A DNA stretch of 64,000 bases from Mobula hypostoma (lineage: Eukaryota). Of the stretch, positions 51,545 through 64,000 are shown piece by piece (position 1 is the first letter of the stretch; the number at the start of each line of letters is the position of its first letter). The DNA lies in assembly GCF_963921235.1 (NCBI RefSeq), contig NC_086108.1, positions 22,010,001 to 22,074,000 on the forward strand, written 5' to 3'. Made by a program: the position numbers and the translations under genes. The notes below the pieces were generated by a model. It was not told where the DNA came from and ran no database searches. It saw nothing but the letters and a program-made list of their open reading frames with translations.

Positions 51545-52890
51545 TATGATGCAACTGCATTGGTGCTGCTTCATACACCCATGTTGAGCTTGACAATTTC
51601 AGCAACTTTGCCTCCAACTTCTACCCTGCCCTTAACTTCACTTGGTCCATTTCTGACACTTCTCCTCCCTTGATCTATCTGACTCCATCTCTGGAGACAG
51701 GCTTTCTGCTGATATTGTTTATAAATCTACTGACTCTCACAGCTATCTTGACTATACTTCTTACCACCCTCTCACTTATAAAAATGCTGTTCCTTTTTCT
51801 CAGTTCCTCCGTCTACGCTGTTTCTGTTCCCAGGATGGGACTTTCCTATTCAGTACACCAGAGATATCCTGCTCCTTCAGAGAATGGGTTTTCTCTTCTT
51901 CTACCATTTATGCTGTCCTTACCTGTGTCTTCCTCCATTTCCTGGACATCCACGCTCTCCCCATCTTCCCACCACCTTAACAGGGATAGAGTTCCTCTTA
52001 TCCTTACCTACCACCCCACGAGCCTCCGCGTTCAGCATATCATTCTCTGCAACTTTCACCATCTTCAATGGAATCCTGTGACCAAACATACCTTAGCTCC
52101 ACCCCACCCCACACACACCACACTGTTTGCTTTCTGCAAAGATGGCTCTGTCCCTGCTTCCTTTATCTATTCGTGCCTCCCCACTAACCTTGCTGCTGAC
52201 ACTTATCCCTGCAAGTGGAAGAAGTGCTACAGAAGCCCATTCACCTCCTTCCTCACCCCTGAACAGTCCTTCCAGGTGAGGCAACATTTCTCTTGAGTCT
52301 CTTTCGAGGTAATCTACTGTATCTGGTGCAGCTTCCCCTATATTGTTGATACCCAAAATTGATTGGGGACCTCTTTGTTAAGCACCTTAGCTCCATCTGC
52401 AACAAGTGGGATTTTAATTCCACTGCCTATTCCCATTCCAACATATCAGTCCATGACCTCCTCTACTGCCACGATGAGGCCAGTCTCAGGTTGGAGGAGA
52501 ACCTCAGATTCTGTCTGGATAGCTTCCGATATGATGGGATGAACATTAATTTCTCTAATTTCCAGTAATAGCTCCCCATCCCCTTCCTCTATTTCTCCAT
52601 TCTGGCTCCCCTTACCCCTTTTTTCTCCTCACATGCCTCTCACCTCCCTCTGGTGCTCTTGCTCTTTCTTTCTCTGCCATGATCACTCTCCTGTCAGCTT
52701 CTTTCTTCTTCAGTCCTTTACCTTTTCTACCTCTCACCTCCCAGCTTCTCACTTCATCCCTCCTCCCCATCCACCTATCTTCCTCCTCACCTGGTTTCAC
52801 CTATCATCCTTTAGCTTATAGCCCTTCCCCTACCCCCACCTTACTCTGGCATCTTCCCCCTTTCTTTCCAGTCCTAGTGGAAATGTCGCT
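51545..52890 (+). mobile_element. Penelope-like element: RT C-terminus, GIY-YIG endonuclease, pseudo-LTR (hammerhead deleted)
   Basis: YKSTDSHSYLDY; RDRVPLILTYHPTSLRVQHII; YPCKWKKC; QSFQVRQHF; DGMNINFSNFQ*. Confidence 0.85.
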
Positions 52891-54444
52891 CTTTACTCTT
52901 GTGAGCTCCTCCTTTTGTTTTTCGTTTGTTCTCTGTGGATGGTTATGGACTTCATTCTCAGCCTAAATACTTGTTTAAGTACACCAAGCAAACTTTTTCA
53001 TGATTGCTTTCTATTTTCTTGAGGAATGGCATTACGCCTGCTTTGCAATTTAATGGATGTACTGGATTTGTTTTCATGAGTCACTGCAGAAACTGGTACT
53101 GGCTTTATTTTAAAATAGAAGGATACTGGGGTAAATGGTTAACTTGTAATTCAACACTGGTTTTACATGACTGAACTGCTACAGGCTTAAGGTGGATTGC
53201 AGTAATTGTATGGTTTACTCCTGTCCTCTTTGATCTCCATAATAATCATTGAAAGCGATTGTATTTTTACCAGTGTGTTATTTTATTCAGCTGCCAAGTG
53301 TTGAAATAGCAGCTTCTTTGGATTTGGCAAGGGTTGTAAACTGGTTTGAATTTTTTTAAACAAAGAAAATTATTCCTTTCTCCTAATTATGCAATCTGTT
53401 GCCATTTACACCGGGAGTCATTCAGGAAGAACTGAGTACCTGATTCCGCCTTAAAAGAATGCACTGATAGGCTACAGGAGGAAAGTGCCTGTTGCTAGGG
53501 AGAGGTCTCCAACCATGGCAACTTCTGGGAAAGAATTTCACTGTTTCAGTGAGCAGAGTTGTAGACTTGAGTTTAAACTGGGAGTGGCAGAGTGAGGAAA
53601 TATTTGAGTTGAACTCTGACCTTCCCAAGTGGACACAGTGGAATTCTTGAAGGTGTGGAGTTTTCATTTGGAATGTTCAGCTACTGGCGTGAGTTTGTTA
53701 AATATATAATATGGCGGGAAATAGATGCATTTACACGCTGCATTGTTACTGCTAAGCCAAAGACAGGGTTAAATTGTGAATTGCTTAATTGAATGAATCC
53801 ATACAATATGGATTGGCCGGACTGTTTATCCACTGCAGGTAATGATATACTGATTCCTACCTTTAGCAGATGTAAGCATATATTGTTTCATATTGTTTGT
53901 AGCCGACTTTGATGGTGTTTTTTTATTACAGTTTTTCTGGGATGTCATTTGGATCTGTTGAATTTGTTTATTAAACTTGTTTTTGTTGGAGGAAATTTTG
54001 AAATATCAGCCTTGTGAACAGGAGGGTGAACTATATTTATTAGGGTAAAGATTTGATATTGTGAGGTGTCGAGTTATAATTGGGGCAGAAGCAAATGAGA
54101 AGGTAAGCTACAGATGAATGTTTAATTTCATTGAGTGGACTATACAACAAAGGTAATCAAAGGAAATAACTTGTTGAGATGAGTAAAATTATGCAGGAAC
54201 ATGGGGCTTTACCATCAATGTTTGCAGCATAAACTGGACGAGCAAACCTGGGCAAGTCAGTCCAGGCAGTCTCTCAAGTTTAAACTGACATATTTGCAGT
54301 GCCATTTCAAATTTTGTCATCCTACCTCCTGTGTTTAAATAAACACAAAAAGTTTATTAAAATATGCAAACTGTTCGTTGACCTTCTGGATATCCATATG
54401 GGTGTGTTTCTTTGGTCAAATTGGTCCATTGGTTACCATTGTAT

Positions 54445-54725
54445 TGGCATGTGGCCAAGTGGTCTAGTAGTCTGAAGGTTGCTAGTTTGAGTTTCAGCTG
54501 AGGTAGCGTGTTGTGTCCTTGAGCAAGGCACTTAACCACACATTGCTCTGCAATGACACCGGTGCCAAGCTGTATCGGCCCTAGTGCCGTTCCCTTGGAC
54601 AACATTGGTGCCGTGGAGAGGGGAGACTTGCAGCATGGGCAACTGTCGGTCTTCCATACAACCTTGCCCAGGCCTGCGCTCTGGACATCTTCCAAGGTGC
54701 AAATCCACGGTCTCACGAGACTACT
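54445..54725 (+). mobile_element. tRNA-derived CORE-like SINE
   Basis: A-box tggccaagtgg, B-box-like gtttgagttt, and tccttgagcaaggcacttaacc CORE-like motif. Confidence 0.7.
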
Positions 54726-54784
54726 GGTGCCTTTTTTTTCACCATTTGTATGTCAACGGCACCTCCACTAAATAGAGTGTCGTT

Positions 54785-54950
54785 TTCTCTTCTTTTCCCA
54801 CCCCTCTCACCCCCCTTACTGCCTCACCCCCTCACCTTCTCCCCCTTGCACCCCTCTCCCCCACCCCTAACCCTCACACCCCTCATCCCCAGCTCTCTAG
54901 CCCCCCACGCCCCCAACTCTCTCTACCCCCCACTCTCTCCCCCCTCCCAT
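54785..54950. repeat. C-rich low-complexity tract (G-quadruplex-prone on the minus strand); a similar tract lies at 51275-51353
   Basis: Many CCCC runs. Confidence 0.75.
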
Positions 54951-55264
54951 CCAGAAAAGTGAAAATGGCCGCCATGTTATTTCTGATCTCTCTTGTTGGT
55001 CCTCAAACATTTTACATCTGTATACGTGCAGAAAATTAATGTATTTATGAATAATCTCTGTCGGCATGGAAATGTATGTGCAGGCTGTGTTTTTAGCTAC
55101 TGCAGGCACTTAATGTGTTAGAGCTTTGGGTTAAGTATTCTGTTGTCTCCTTGTTCTGCGTGTAGCACTCACAAACATTATCGCTTTAACTCTGTGTTGT
55201 GCTTTGCAGTAGAGTGGCTCATACAGAAGGAATTTGAATGCATCATACTTCATTATTTTCATAA

Positions 55265-55595
55265 GTTCTATTTCCACGACTGTGATTGTTCTTGGCAAAT
55301 TTTTCTACAGAAGTAATTTGCATTTGCCTTCTTCTTGGCAATGTCTTTACAAGACGAGTGACCCCAGCCATTATCAATTCTCTTCAAGATTGTCTGCCTT
55401 CTGTCTGTAGTCACATAATCAGGACATGTGATTTGCACCAGCTGCTCATATGACCATCCACTGCCTCCTCCCTGATCGGTGGGGGGGTGGGTGCTAAGCA
55501 AGTGCTACACCTTGCCCAATTGTGACCCACAGGCTCGTGGAGGGAAGGAGAGCCTTACATCTCCTTTGGTAGAGATGTATCTTCACCCTGCCATC
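55265..55595 (-). mobile_element. SINE-like element with RTE/BovB-type 3' end
   Basis: cagaagtaatttgcatttgccttcttc resembles the recalled RTE-tail motif (agtggtttgccattgccttc). Confidence 0.5.
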
Positions 55596-55781
55596 CAAGG
55601 ATTAAGGAGGCAAAAAACAAGAGGACATGGTTTTGTCGGAGGTGAAACGCTGGAATAGAACCTGGGAGGCAACTTCCTTACACAGTGGATGGGAGGTATA
55701 TGGAACTGCTGACAGGATGTGGTTGAGGCAGGTACATTAGATATATTAAAGAAGTATTTAGGCATTGATGCCAATTTAGAG

Positions 55782-55861
55782 CAGGTGTTCTCAACCTGGG
55801 TTCCACAGACCCCTCAGTTAATAGTGGGAATCCATGGCATAAAAATGGTTGGGAACCCCTA
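55782..55861. mobile_element. ~80-bp hAT-like MITE, second copy
   Basis: TIRs caggtgttctcaacc / ggttgggaacccct; 8-bp near-TSD atttagag / gtttaaag. Confidence 0.7.
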
Positions 55862-55899
55862 GTTTAAAGGGACGTGGACCAGATTCTGTGAGTGAATGT

Positions 55900-58200
55900 T
55901 TCCCATGGTAGTCTCATTCAGAAAATCAGGAGGCATGGGATCCAGGGAAGCTTGGCTGTGTAGATTCAGAATTGCCTTGTCCACAGGAGGCAGATGGTGG
56001 TAGAGGGTTGTCTGTAATGAATACTTTCAGTATTCACCAGTGAGAGGGGCCTTGACAAATATGAGGACAGCAGAGAACAGGCTGATTGACTGGAACCTGC
56101 TGATGTGCTGGTATATTTTCTGCCAGGTGGTCAGTGGCCGATGGTGTTCCACAAGGATCTGTTTTGGGACCTTTGCTTTTTGTGATTTTTGTATGTGACT
56201 TGGATGAGGAGTTGGAAGGTGAGTTAGTAAATTTGTCGATAACTCGAAGGTAAGTGGTGTAGAAGGTTGTTGTAGGTTACAACAGGACATTGATAGGATG
56301 CGGAGCTGGGTTGAAAAGTGACAGTTGGAGTTCAGTCTGGAAAAGTATGTAGTAATATGCTTTCGAAGATCGAACTTGAAGGTGAAGTACAGGGTTAATG
56401 GGAAGGTTCTTGGCAGTTTGGACAAACAGAAGGATCTTGTGATCCCTCAAAGTTGGTGCACAAATTGAAAGGGTTGTTAAGAAGGCATATGGTGTGCTGG
56501 TCTTCATTAGTCGAGGGGTTGTGGAGGATGACTAGAGTGAGGGCAGGATCGATCAGAGGTAAAAGGAAAAGATGTGCCTGGAGTTGGAGGAGGATAGGCA
56601 TTGTCTGTAATGAATACTCTCAGTATTCACCAGTGAGAGGGACCTTGACAAATGTGAAGACAGCAGAGAGAACAGCGTGTTATACTGGAAGATGTTGTGT
56701 TTTGGAACTTTTGAAAAACGTTAGGATAGATAAGGCCCAGGGCCATATGAGATATACCACATGTTACTACAAAAATGGAGGGTAGAGATTGCTGTGTCTT
56801 TAGCAATGATCTTTGCATCCTCACTGGCCACAGGAATAGTACCAGAAGACTGGAGGGTGGCAAATGTTAATCCTTTGTTCAAGAAAGGTAATAGTGATAG
56901 CCTTGGGAATTATACACCAGTGAGCCTTATGTCAGTGGCAGACAAACTAGTGGAGAGAATTCCTAGAGATACTAGTTAGGAACATTTGGAGATGCATAGT
57001 CTGATTAGCGATGGTCAGCATGGGCCTTGTAAGAAGCAGGCCATGCCTCACGGGCTTGATTGCATTCTTTGAGTTGGGAGTGAAAACAGGTAGAGCAGTG
57101 GATGTGGTGTATCTGGATTTAAGTAAGATGCTTGATAAGGTTCCCCATGGTAGGCTCATTCAGAAAGTCAGGAAGCATGGGATCTGTGTATGCTGAATTG
57201 GATTGCCCACAGAAGGCAGAGAATGGTAGTAAATGGAGCGTATTCTCCCTGGAAGTAGGTAACCAGTGGTGTTGTGCAGGGCTCTGTTCTAGGACCCCTG
57301 CTCTTTGTGATTTTCATAAATGCTTTGGATAAGGAAGTGGAAGGGTGGGTTAGTAAGTTCATACAGATGACACAAAGATTGGTGGTGGTGTGGATAGTGT
57401 AGGTTGTTGTTGTACAGTGGCACATTGACAGAGTGCAGAGCTGGGTTGAGTAGCAGCAGATGGAGTTCAATCCATTAAAGTGAGAAGTGATGCACTTTAG
57501 AAGGTTGAACTTGGAAGCAGAGTACAGGGTTTATGATAGAATTCTTGGTGTGGAGGAACAGAGGATCTTGGGGTCCATGTCCATAAATCTATCAAAGTTG
57601 CCATGCAAATTGACAGGATTGTTAAGAAGGTGTATGATGTGTTGGCTTTCATTAATCGGGGATTGAGTTCAACAACTATTCGGTAATGTTGCCAATCTAT
57701 AAAACTGGTTAGAACACAGTTAGAATATTTCTGCTCTGTCTTCCTCATTATAGGGAGGATGTGGAAGCTTTAGAGTGGATGCAGAGGAGATTTACCAGGG
57801 AGCTGCCCAAATTAGAGAGCATGTTTTATGAGGAAAGATTGAACGAGCTCGGGATATCGCTTGAAGTGAAAGAGGATGAGAGGTGACTTGATTGATGTGT
57901 ACAAGATGGTAAGAGATCAAGATAGCGTAGAGAACCTGAGACTCTTTCCCAGGGTGGAAATGGCTATATGACAGGCATAACTTTAAGGAGGTTGGAGTAA
58001 TATATAGGGGGATGTCAGAGGTAAGGTTTTTACACAGTCTGGTTGTTGCGTGGAAAGTGTGGTGGAATTACGGTGGAGGCAGCTACATTAGGGACATTTA
58101 AGAGACTTTTAGATGGGCGCATGGACGAAACAAAATAGAGGTCTATAGGGGAAGAAAGAGTTACATTGATCTTAGAGTAGATTAGAAGATTGACACAACC
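55900..58200 (+). mobile_element. Two tandem decayed CR1 ORF2 fragments (55900-56520 and 56520-58200)
   Basis: IVPEDWRVANVNPLFKKG..NYTPVSL; VDVVYLDLSKMLDKVPHGRLI; CR1 3' end near 58200. Confidence 0.88.
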
Positions 58201-58307
58201 TTCAGTGTTGCTCTGCCAAGCATTGTTAGAATGCTACAGTATTGAGCAAATGTCTTAGGCCATGTAAAAAGAAAATCTGTAAAGCAAAGATGCTTTCAAA
58301 AATAATA

Positions 58308-59950
58308 AACATAGAAAACCTACAGCACAGTACAGGCCCTTCGGCCCACAGAGTTGTGCCGAGCATGTCCCTACCTTAGAAATTACTAGACTTACCTATA
58401 GCCTTCTATTTTACTAAGCTCCATGTACCTATCTAAAAGTCTCTTAAAAGACCCTATGGTATCCGCCTCCACCACCGTTGTCGGCAGCCCATTCCACGCA
58501 CTCACCACCCTCTGAGTAAAAAATTTACCCCTGACATCTCCTCTGTACCTACTCCCCAGCACCTTAAACCTGTGTCCTCTTGTGGCAACCATTTCAGCCC
58601 TGCGAAAAGGTCTCTGACTATCCACACAATCAATGCCTCTCATCATCTTATACACCTCTATCAGGTCACCTCTCATCCTCCATCGCTCCAAGCAGAAAAG
58701 GCCGAGTTCACTCAACCTATTCTCATAAGGCATGCTCCCCAATCCAGGCAACATCCTTGTAAGTCTCCTCTGCACCCTTTCTATGGCTTCCACATCCTTC
58801 CTGTAGTGAGGCGACCAGAACTGAGCACAGTACTCCAAGTGGTCTGACTAGGGTCCTATATAGCTGCAACATTACCTCTCGGCTCCTAAATTCAATTCCA
58901 CGATTGATGAAGGCCAATACACTGTACGCCTTCTTAACCACAGAGTCAACCTGTGCAGCTGCTTTGAGTGTCCTATGGACTCGGACCCCAAGATCCGTCT
59001 GATCCTCCACACTGCCAAGAGTCTTACCATTAATACTACATTCTGCCATCATATTTGACCTACCAAAATGAACCACTTCACACTTATCTGGGTTGAACTC
59101 CATCTGCCACTTCTCAGCCCAGTTTTGCATCCTGTCAATGTCCCGCTGTAACCTCTGACAGCCCTCCACACTATCCACAACACCTCCAACCTTTGTGTTA
59201 TCAACAAACTTACTAACTCATCCCTCCACTTCCTCATCCAGGTCATTTATAAAAATCACAAAGAGTAGGGGTCCCAGAACAGATCCCTGAGGCATTCCAC
59301 TGGTGACTGATCTCCATGCAGAATATGACCCATTTACAACCAGTTTTTGCCTTCTGTGGGAAAGCCAGTTCTGGATCCACAAAGCAATATCCCCTTGGAT
59401 CCCATGCCTCCTTACTTTCTCAATAAGCCTTGCATGAGGTATCTTATCAAATGCCTTGCTGAAATCCATATACACTACATCTACTGCTCTTCCTTCATCA
59501 ATGTGTTTAGTCACATCCTCAAAAAATTCAATCAGGCTCATAAGGCATGACCTGCCCTTGACAAAGCCATGCTGTCATAATCATATTATACCTCTCCAAA
59601 CGCTCATAAATCCTGCCTCTCAGGATCGTCTCCGTCAACTTACCAACCACTGAGGTAAGACTCACTGGTCTATAATTTCCTGGGCTGTCTCTACTCCCTT
59701 TCTTGAATAAAGGAACAACATCCACAACCCTCCAATCCTCCAGAACCTTTTCTGTCCCCATTGGTGATGCAAAGATCATCGCCAGAGGCTCAGCAATCTC
59801 CTCCCTTGCCTCACACAGTAGCCTGGGGTACATCTCATCCGGTCCCAGCGACTTATCCAACTTGATGCTTTCCAAAAGCTCCAGCATATCCTCTTTCTTA
59901 ATATCTACATGCTCAAGCTTTTCAGTCTGCTGCAAATCATCACTACAACA
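58308..59950 (-). mobile_element. Younger 5'-truncated CR1 LINE (complete RT region with frameshifts)
   Basis: Minus ORFs [68 protein letters not shown]. Confidence 0.93.
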
Positions 59951-59989
59951 CCAAGATATAAATATACAATCACCAAGATGAAATAAAAC

Positions 59990-60304
59990 ATTTCTAAATA
60001 TCAAAAAATATATTAAAGAGCAGTATTCAGTAAAAAAAAAACAAAATCAAAGCAATATTTGGTGTGACCACCTTTTGCCTTTAAAACTGCATCAATTCTC
60101 TTGGGTGCAGTAATGCTGCAGTTTTATAAGAAAATCGGATAGTCGATCGTTCCAAATATCTTGGAGAACCTGCCACCGTTCTGCAAACTTCGACTGTCTC
60201 TCTAGGTAATCCCAGAGAGCCGTGATGATGTTGAGATCAGAGTTCTGTGAAGGTCATACCATCTGAATCCATATAAAAGCCCAAGACTTTTGCACAGTTC
60301 TGTA
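59990..60304. mobile_element. Tc1-like non-autonomous fragment with one TIR
   Basis: caatatttggtgtgaccaccttttgcctttaaaactgcatcaattctc; end cccaagacttttgcacagttctgta. Confidence 0.6.
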
Positions 60305-61049
60305 TGTTAGTGCCGGAATGTAAAGTGACACTTCGAGGCTGCCCCCAGCTCACCCTTTGGTGTGTTGATTGTTGATGCAAATGGCACATTTCACTATATA
60401 TTACAATATGCACATGACGAATAAACTTGAATCTTTGATCTTGTACTTTTCTATATTTTATTATCCTTGTAAGTGTTCCTTTTGCTCTCTCCAATATCTT
60501 GATTTTTTTTTAAATAATCTAGCAAACTCGTACTGCATTCTAAGTGGCCTAATGGAGGCTCAATAGAGATTCAGCAGAACTTCCCTACTTTTCTATCTGT
60601 CCAGAAATAAATCCAAGTGCTTTTTTTTAAGACCTTGCTGCAGTGATAGGTATGTTACCATTCAATTAGTATTTCAACCATTTGATAATGTGTGGCTTCC
60701 CTGTTCTTCCTTCCTTGAGTTTGTCTGTGTTGACCTTTTAGTGTGCATTAATTGCCAAGCAAAATTTTATTATTGACCACCTACAATTTGTTACAGTATC
60801 ATTAGTTATTAATTTAAAAAAAATCATGTTTTATAATTTTTATTTTATCCATTTGTGCCATTCCCTTTTGAAGAAGTCAACACAAAGGAAAAGTGGAAAT
60901 GTGGGCAACTGCCTTTATCTTACTTCTTCCCTGGGTGTCTCTTCTTGTGTCAGTCAGGGCAATGGGATGGAAGCTCTGTTTGATTAATGTGGTGATTCCA
61001 CTCAAATGCAATTACATATGTTTGTACACAAATACAGATATAAAAGCAA

Positions 61050-62810
61050 AATGCAAACATGAGAAAGTCTGCAGGTGCCTGAAATCCAAATCAACACAAA
61101 GTGCTGGAGGAATTCGGCAGGTCAGGCAGCATCAAAGGAAATGAGTAAACAGTCAACGTTTTGGGCTGAGGCCCTTCTTTATGGCTGAGAAGTAAGGGGA
61201 AAATGCAGAATAAAAAGTGGGGAGGGGAAGGAGGCTAGCTGGAAGATGATAGGTGAAGCTAGGTGGATGGGAAAGGTCAAGGGCTGGAGAAGAAAGAATT
61301 TGATACAAGAGGAGAGCGGACATAGGAAAGGAGGGGCGGACCCAGGGGGAAGTAATAGGCAGCTGAGAGTATCTGAACAGTCAAAGTGGGGGATAGGGGA
61401 GGGGGGAATTTTTGTTCACCGGAAGGAGAAATCTATATTCATGCCATCAGGTTGGAGGTTACCCAAATGGAATGTAAGGCGTTGCTCCTCCACCCTGAGG
61501 GTGGCCTCATCTTGGCTCAAGATGAGGCCATAGATAACACGTCAGGACAGGAATGGGAATCGGAATTAAAATGTTTGGCTACCAGGAAGTTCTGCTTGTG
61601 GATGGTGTAGAGGTGCTCAATGAAGTGATCCCCCAATTTACATCGGGTCTTAGTAATGTAGAGAAAGCTGTACTGGGAGCACTAGACACAATAGATGACC
61701 CCAGCAGATTCACAGGTGAAGTGTTGCCTCACTTGGAAGGATTGTTTGGGGCCCTCAATGGAGGTGAGGGAGGAGGTTTATGGGCAGGTGCTTCTGCTTG
61801 CAGGAATAAGTGCCTGGAGGGAGATTAGTAGGGAGGGACAAATGGATAAAAGAATCGCAGAGGGAATAAATCCTTGCAGAAAGTTGGGAGGGGTTGGGGG
61901 GAAGAGGTAAAGATGTGCTTAGTGGTAGAATCCCTTTGAAGATGGTGGAAGTTACTGTGTTGGATGCAGAGGCTGATGGGGTGGTAGGTAAGGACAAGAG
62001 AGGCTGTTGCTATTATGGCAGCGGGATGGGTGAGCGCGGATGTACTGGAAATGGAGGAGATGCAGGTGAGGGCAGTGTCAATAGTAGAGGGAAGGAGCTC
62101 CTCCCTTTAAAGAAGGAGGGCAACTGTGATGTTCTGGAATTGAAATCCGTGTCCTAGTAACAGTTGCAGTGGAGGCAAAGAAGCTGAGAAAAGGGAATTG
62201 TATTTTTACAGGAGATGGGTGAAGCAAAGTATAATCAGATAACCGTGGGAATCAGTAGGTTTATGAAAGATGTTGGTTGACAGTTTGTCTTCAAAGATGG
62301 AGACACAGAGAACATGAAAGGGGAGAGGGGTGTCAGAGATGGACCAAGTGAATTTAAGGGCAGGGTAGAAGTTAAAGGGAAAGTTGATAAAAATTGGTGA
62401 GCTCTGCATGGGTGCATGAAGCAGCGTTAATGCAATTGTCAATGTAGCAGAAGAAGAGGGGAAGTATTAAGGGAAAACCTCGAACATAGACTGTTCTATG
62501 TAGCCAACGAAGAGACAGGCATTGCTGGGGCCCAGACAAATGCTCTAGGCTATCCCTCGTTTGGAGAAAGTGAGAGGAGCTGAAGGAAGAATTGTTCGGG
62601 GTGAAGTCCAGTTCTGACAAACGGAGAGGGATGGTGGTAGAGTGGGATTGCTTGGTTCTTTTGTCAAGAAAGAAGCAGAGAGCTTTGAGGCATTCTTGAT
62701 GGGAGATAGAATAGAAAAGTTTTGAACATCCTTGGTGAAGATGAAGCCGATAGGGACAAGGAATTGAAAGTTACTGAGGAGATTGAGGGCATGAGAAGTC
62801 TCACTGATGT
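61050..62810 (-). mobile_element. Penelope-like element (RT, GIY-YIG, pseudo-LTR with degenerate hammerhead)
   Basis: Minus strand IFTKDVQ, FFCYIDNCI (YxDD region), FHKPTDSHGYL; pseudo-LTR homologous to 43703-44204. Confidence 0.85.
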
Positions 62811-64000
62811 AGTTGGGAACAAACTGAACCAAGGGGATAGTTTGGATCTTTGGGTTGTAGAAATTACGAATTAAATAAAAAATATTGGGAATATACATCT
62901 GTTAAGTCAACATTTATGGAAATTTTGATTTAACATGCCAAGTTAGGTGCTTACAAAAAGCTGCAATTAGTTTGTCATCAAGAGATACAGCATGGAAACC
63001 AAGCATCAACCATCTATTTATATAGATCCTGCATTAATCCGGTTGTTTTTAATTCTAGAGATACCTTTACTTCCCAAAAATCTTTGCACATCTTACGATT
63101 AAAAGACAAATCAATGATCAGTTGCTTGAACTGCTGAAAATTTGCATCATTTTCTGATGTTATTTTGTGTCTGCACAAATTTGCCTACATATTTTCCACT
63201 AATGCAGTGGTTCCCTTTGATGTGGGGTGTTGAACCCATTACAGGTTATACTTGGTCTCTGCTTGGACTACTTGTAAATGCGTCGTAAATAAAAGAGTGC
63301 AAAGCTAGATTCAGGATGCTCAAGGTCAGTGGGAACATAAGTGGTAAACAAAACAGAGTTGACATTTCAAATTAGGCACTTGTAATCAGGACTGGAAAAG
63401 AAGACGATAAATGTTATTTTTCAACTGCAGTAAAGGTGGTGAGTGGTGAGAACAAAGGGAGCATCTGTGATAGACTGCAGACCAGTTTTTTAAAACGAGG
63501 CAGATGGAGATATAAAAGAAAAGTGAAAGAAATTGGACCAGAACATGAAGAGACAGAAATGATTTTGAACTTAGAATTAGGATCACCTTCAACTTCATGC
63601 CTATTTCTGGCGGGAAGTTTTCAACCCTGACTGGCAACACCTCTTTCTTGCAATAAGCAATGGCTGTCAAGAAATCATGCATTGCCTCCCAAGCAGTTCT
63701 GATCTCCTTCCTTGAGACACTTCTCTTTATTGACTCTAGCTTGGTGGTGCTGCAATTTCCAAGATCCTACCTTGACTCTGCTTCTTTGTTTTTAGTGTAT
63801 TGTATTCAGTGCTCACAATATCCTTTGGAGATTGGATAAACCAAATACACATTGTGTGTCCACTTTGCAGAACATCCATCTAATCTACAAGAGTTTCCCT
63901 GAGATTTCATCCTCTTGTTACTTCATCTCTCTGGTCCAGTTTCTCCCTGCTCTCTCTACTTCCAGTCTTCTACATTGCTCCAATATTGTCTACCAAAAGC

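Noticed and set aside
51670..52296. 208-aa hydrophobic ORF suggesting a membrane protein
   Set aside because: Frameshifted Penelope-like ORF remnants; the hydrophobicity comes from an off-frame pyrimidine-rich strand.
54445..54520. tRNA-like A/B boxes (also near 10330 and 24290)
   Set aside because: These are SINE heads; no cloverleaf can be formed.
58392..60004. Possible active reverse transcriptase gene
   Set aside because: Split over several frames and 5'-truncated; it is a dead CR1 copy.

Overview
Repeat-rich vertebrate nuclear DNA, not prokaryotic. The repeat repertoire (CR1 LINEs, Rex1/Babar LINEs, V-SINE/HE1-type SINEs, Penelope-like elements with hammerhead ribozymes, solo LTRs, Tc1/pogo and hAT MITEs) points to a cartilaginous fish, probably a ray (inference). 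The window appears to lie inside the large 5' introns of a + strand RASAL2 (nGAP) gene. One coding exon is clear (38498-38595, EPPGDRSPRRRSISGPGSSEKANGMEDSTSPFK), and a candidate alternative first coding exon ending at 27858 splices in frame to it. Almost all ORFs in the supplied track are decayed retroelement fragments or noise. Main observations: the candidate RASAL2 N-terminus; an unusual donor with an adjacent U12-like motif; minimal hammerhead ribozymes, intact only in the antisense copy; a ~0.9 kb Penelope palindrome with a TSD; a Rex1 insertion with a twin-priming-type 5' inversion; an unexplained perfect 30-bp inverted repeat; and a sense solo LTR carrying amplified splice donors just upstream of the exon. 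Homology calls are from recalled sequences, not searches. Repeat boundaries are approximate unless a TSD or TIR is quoted.
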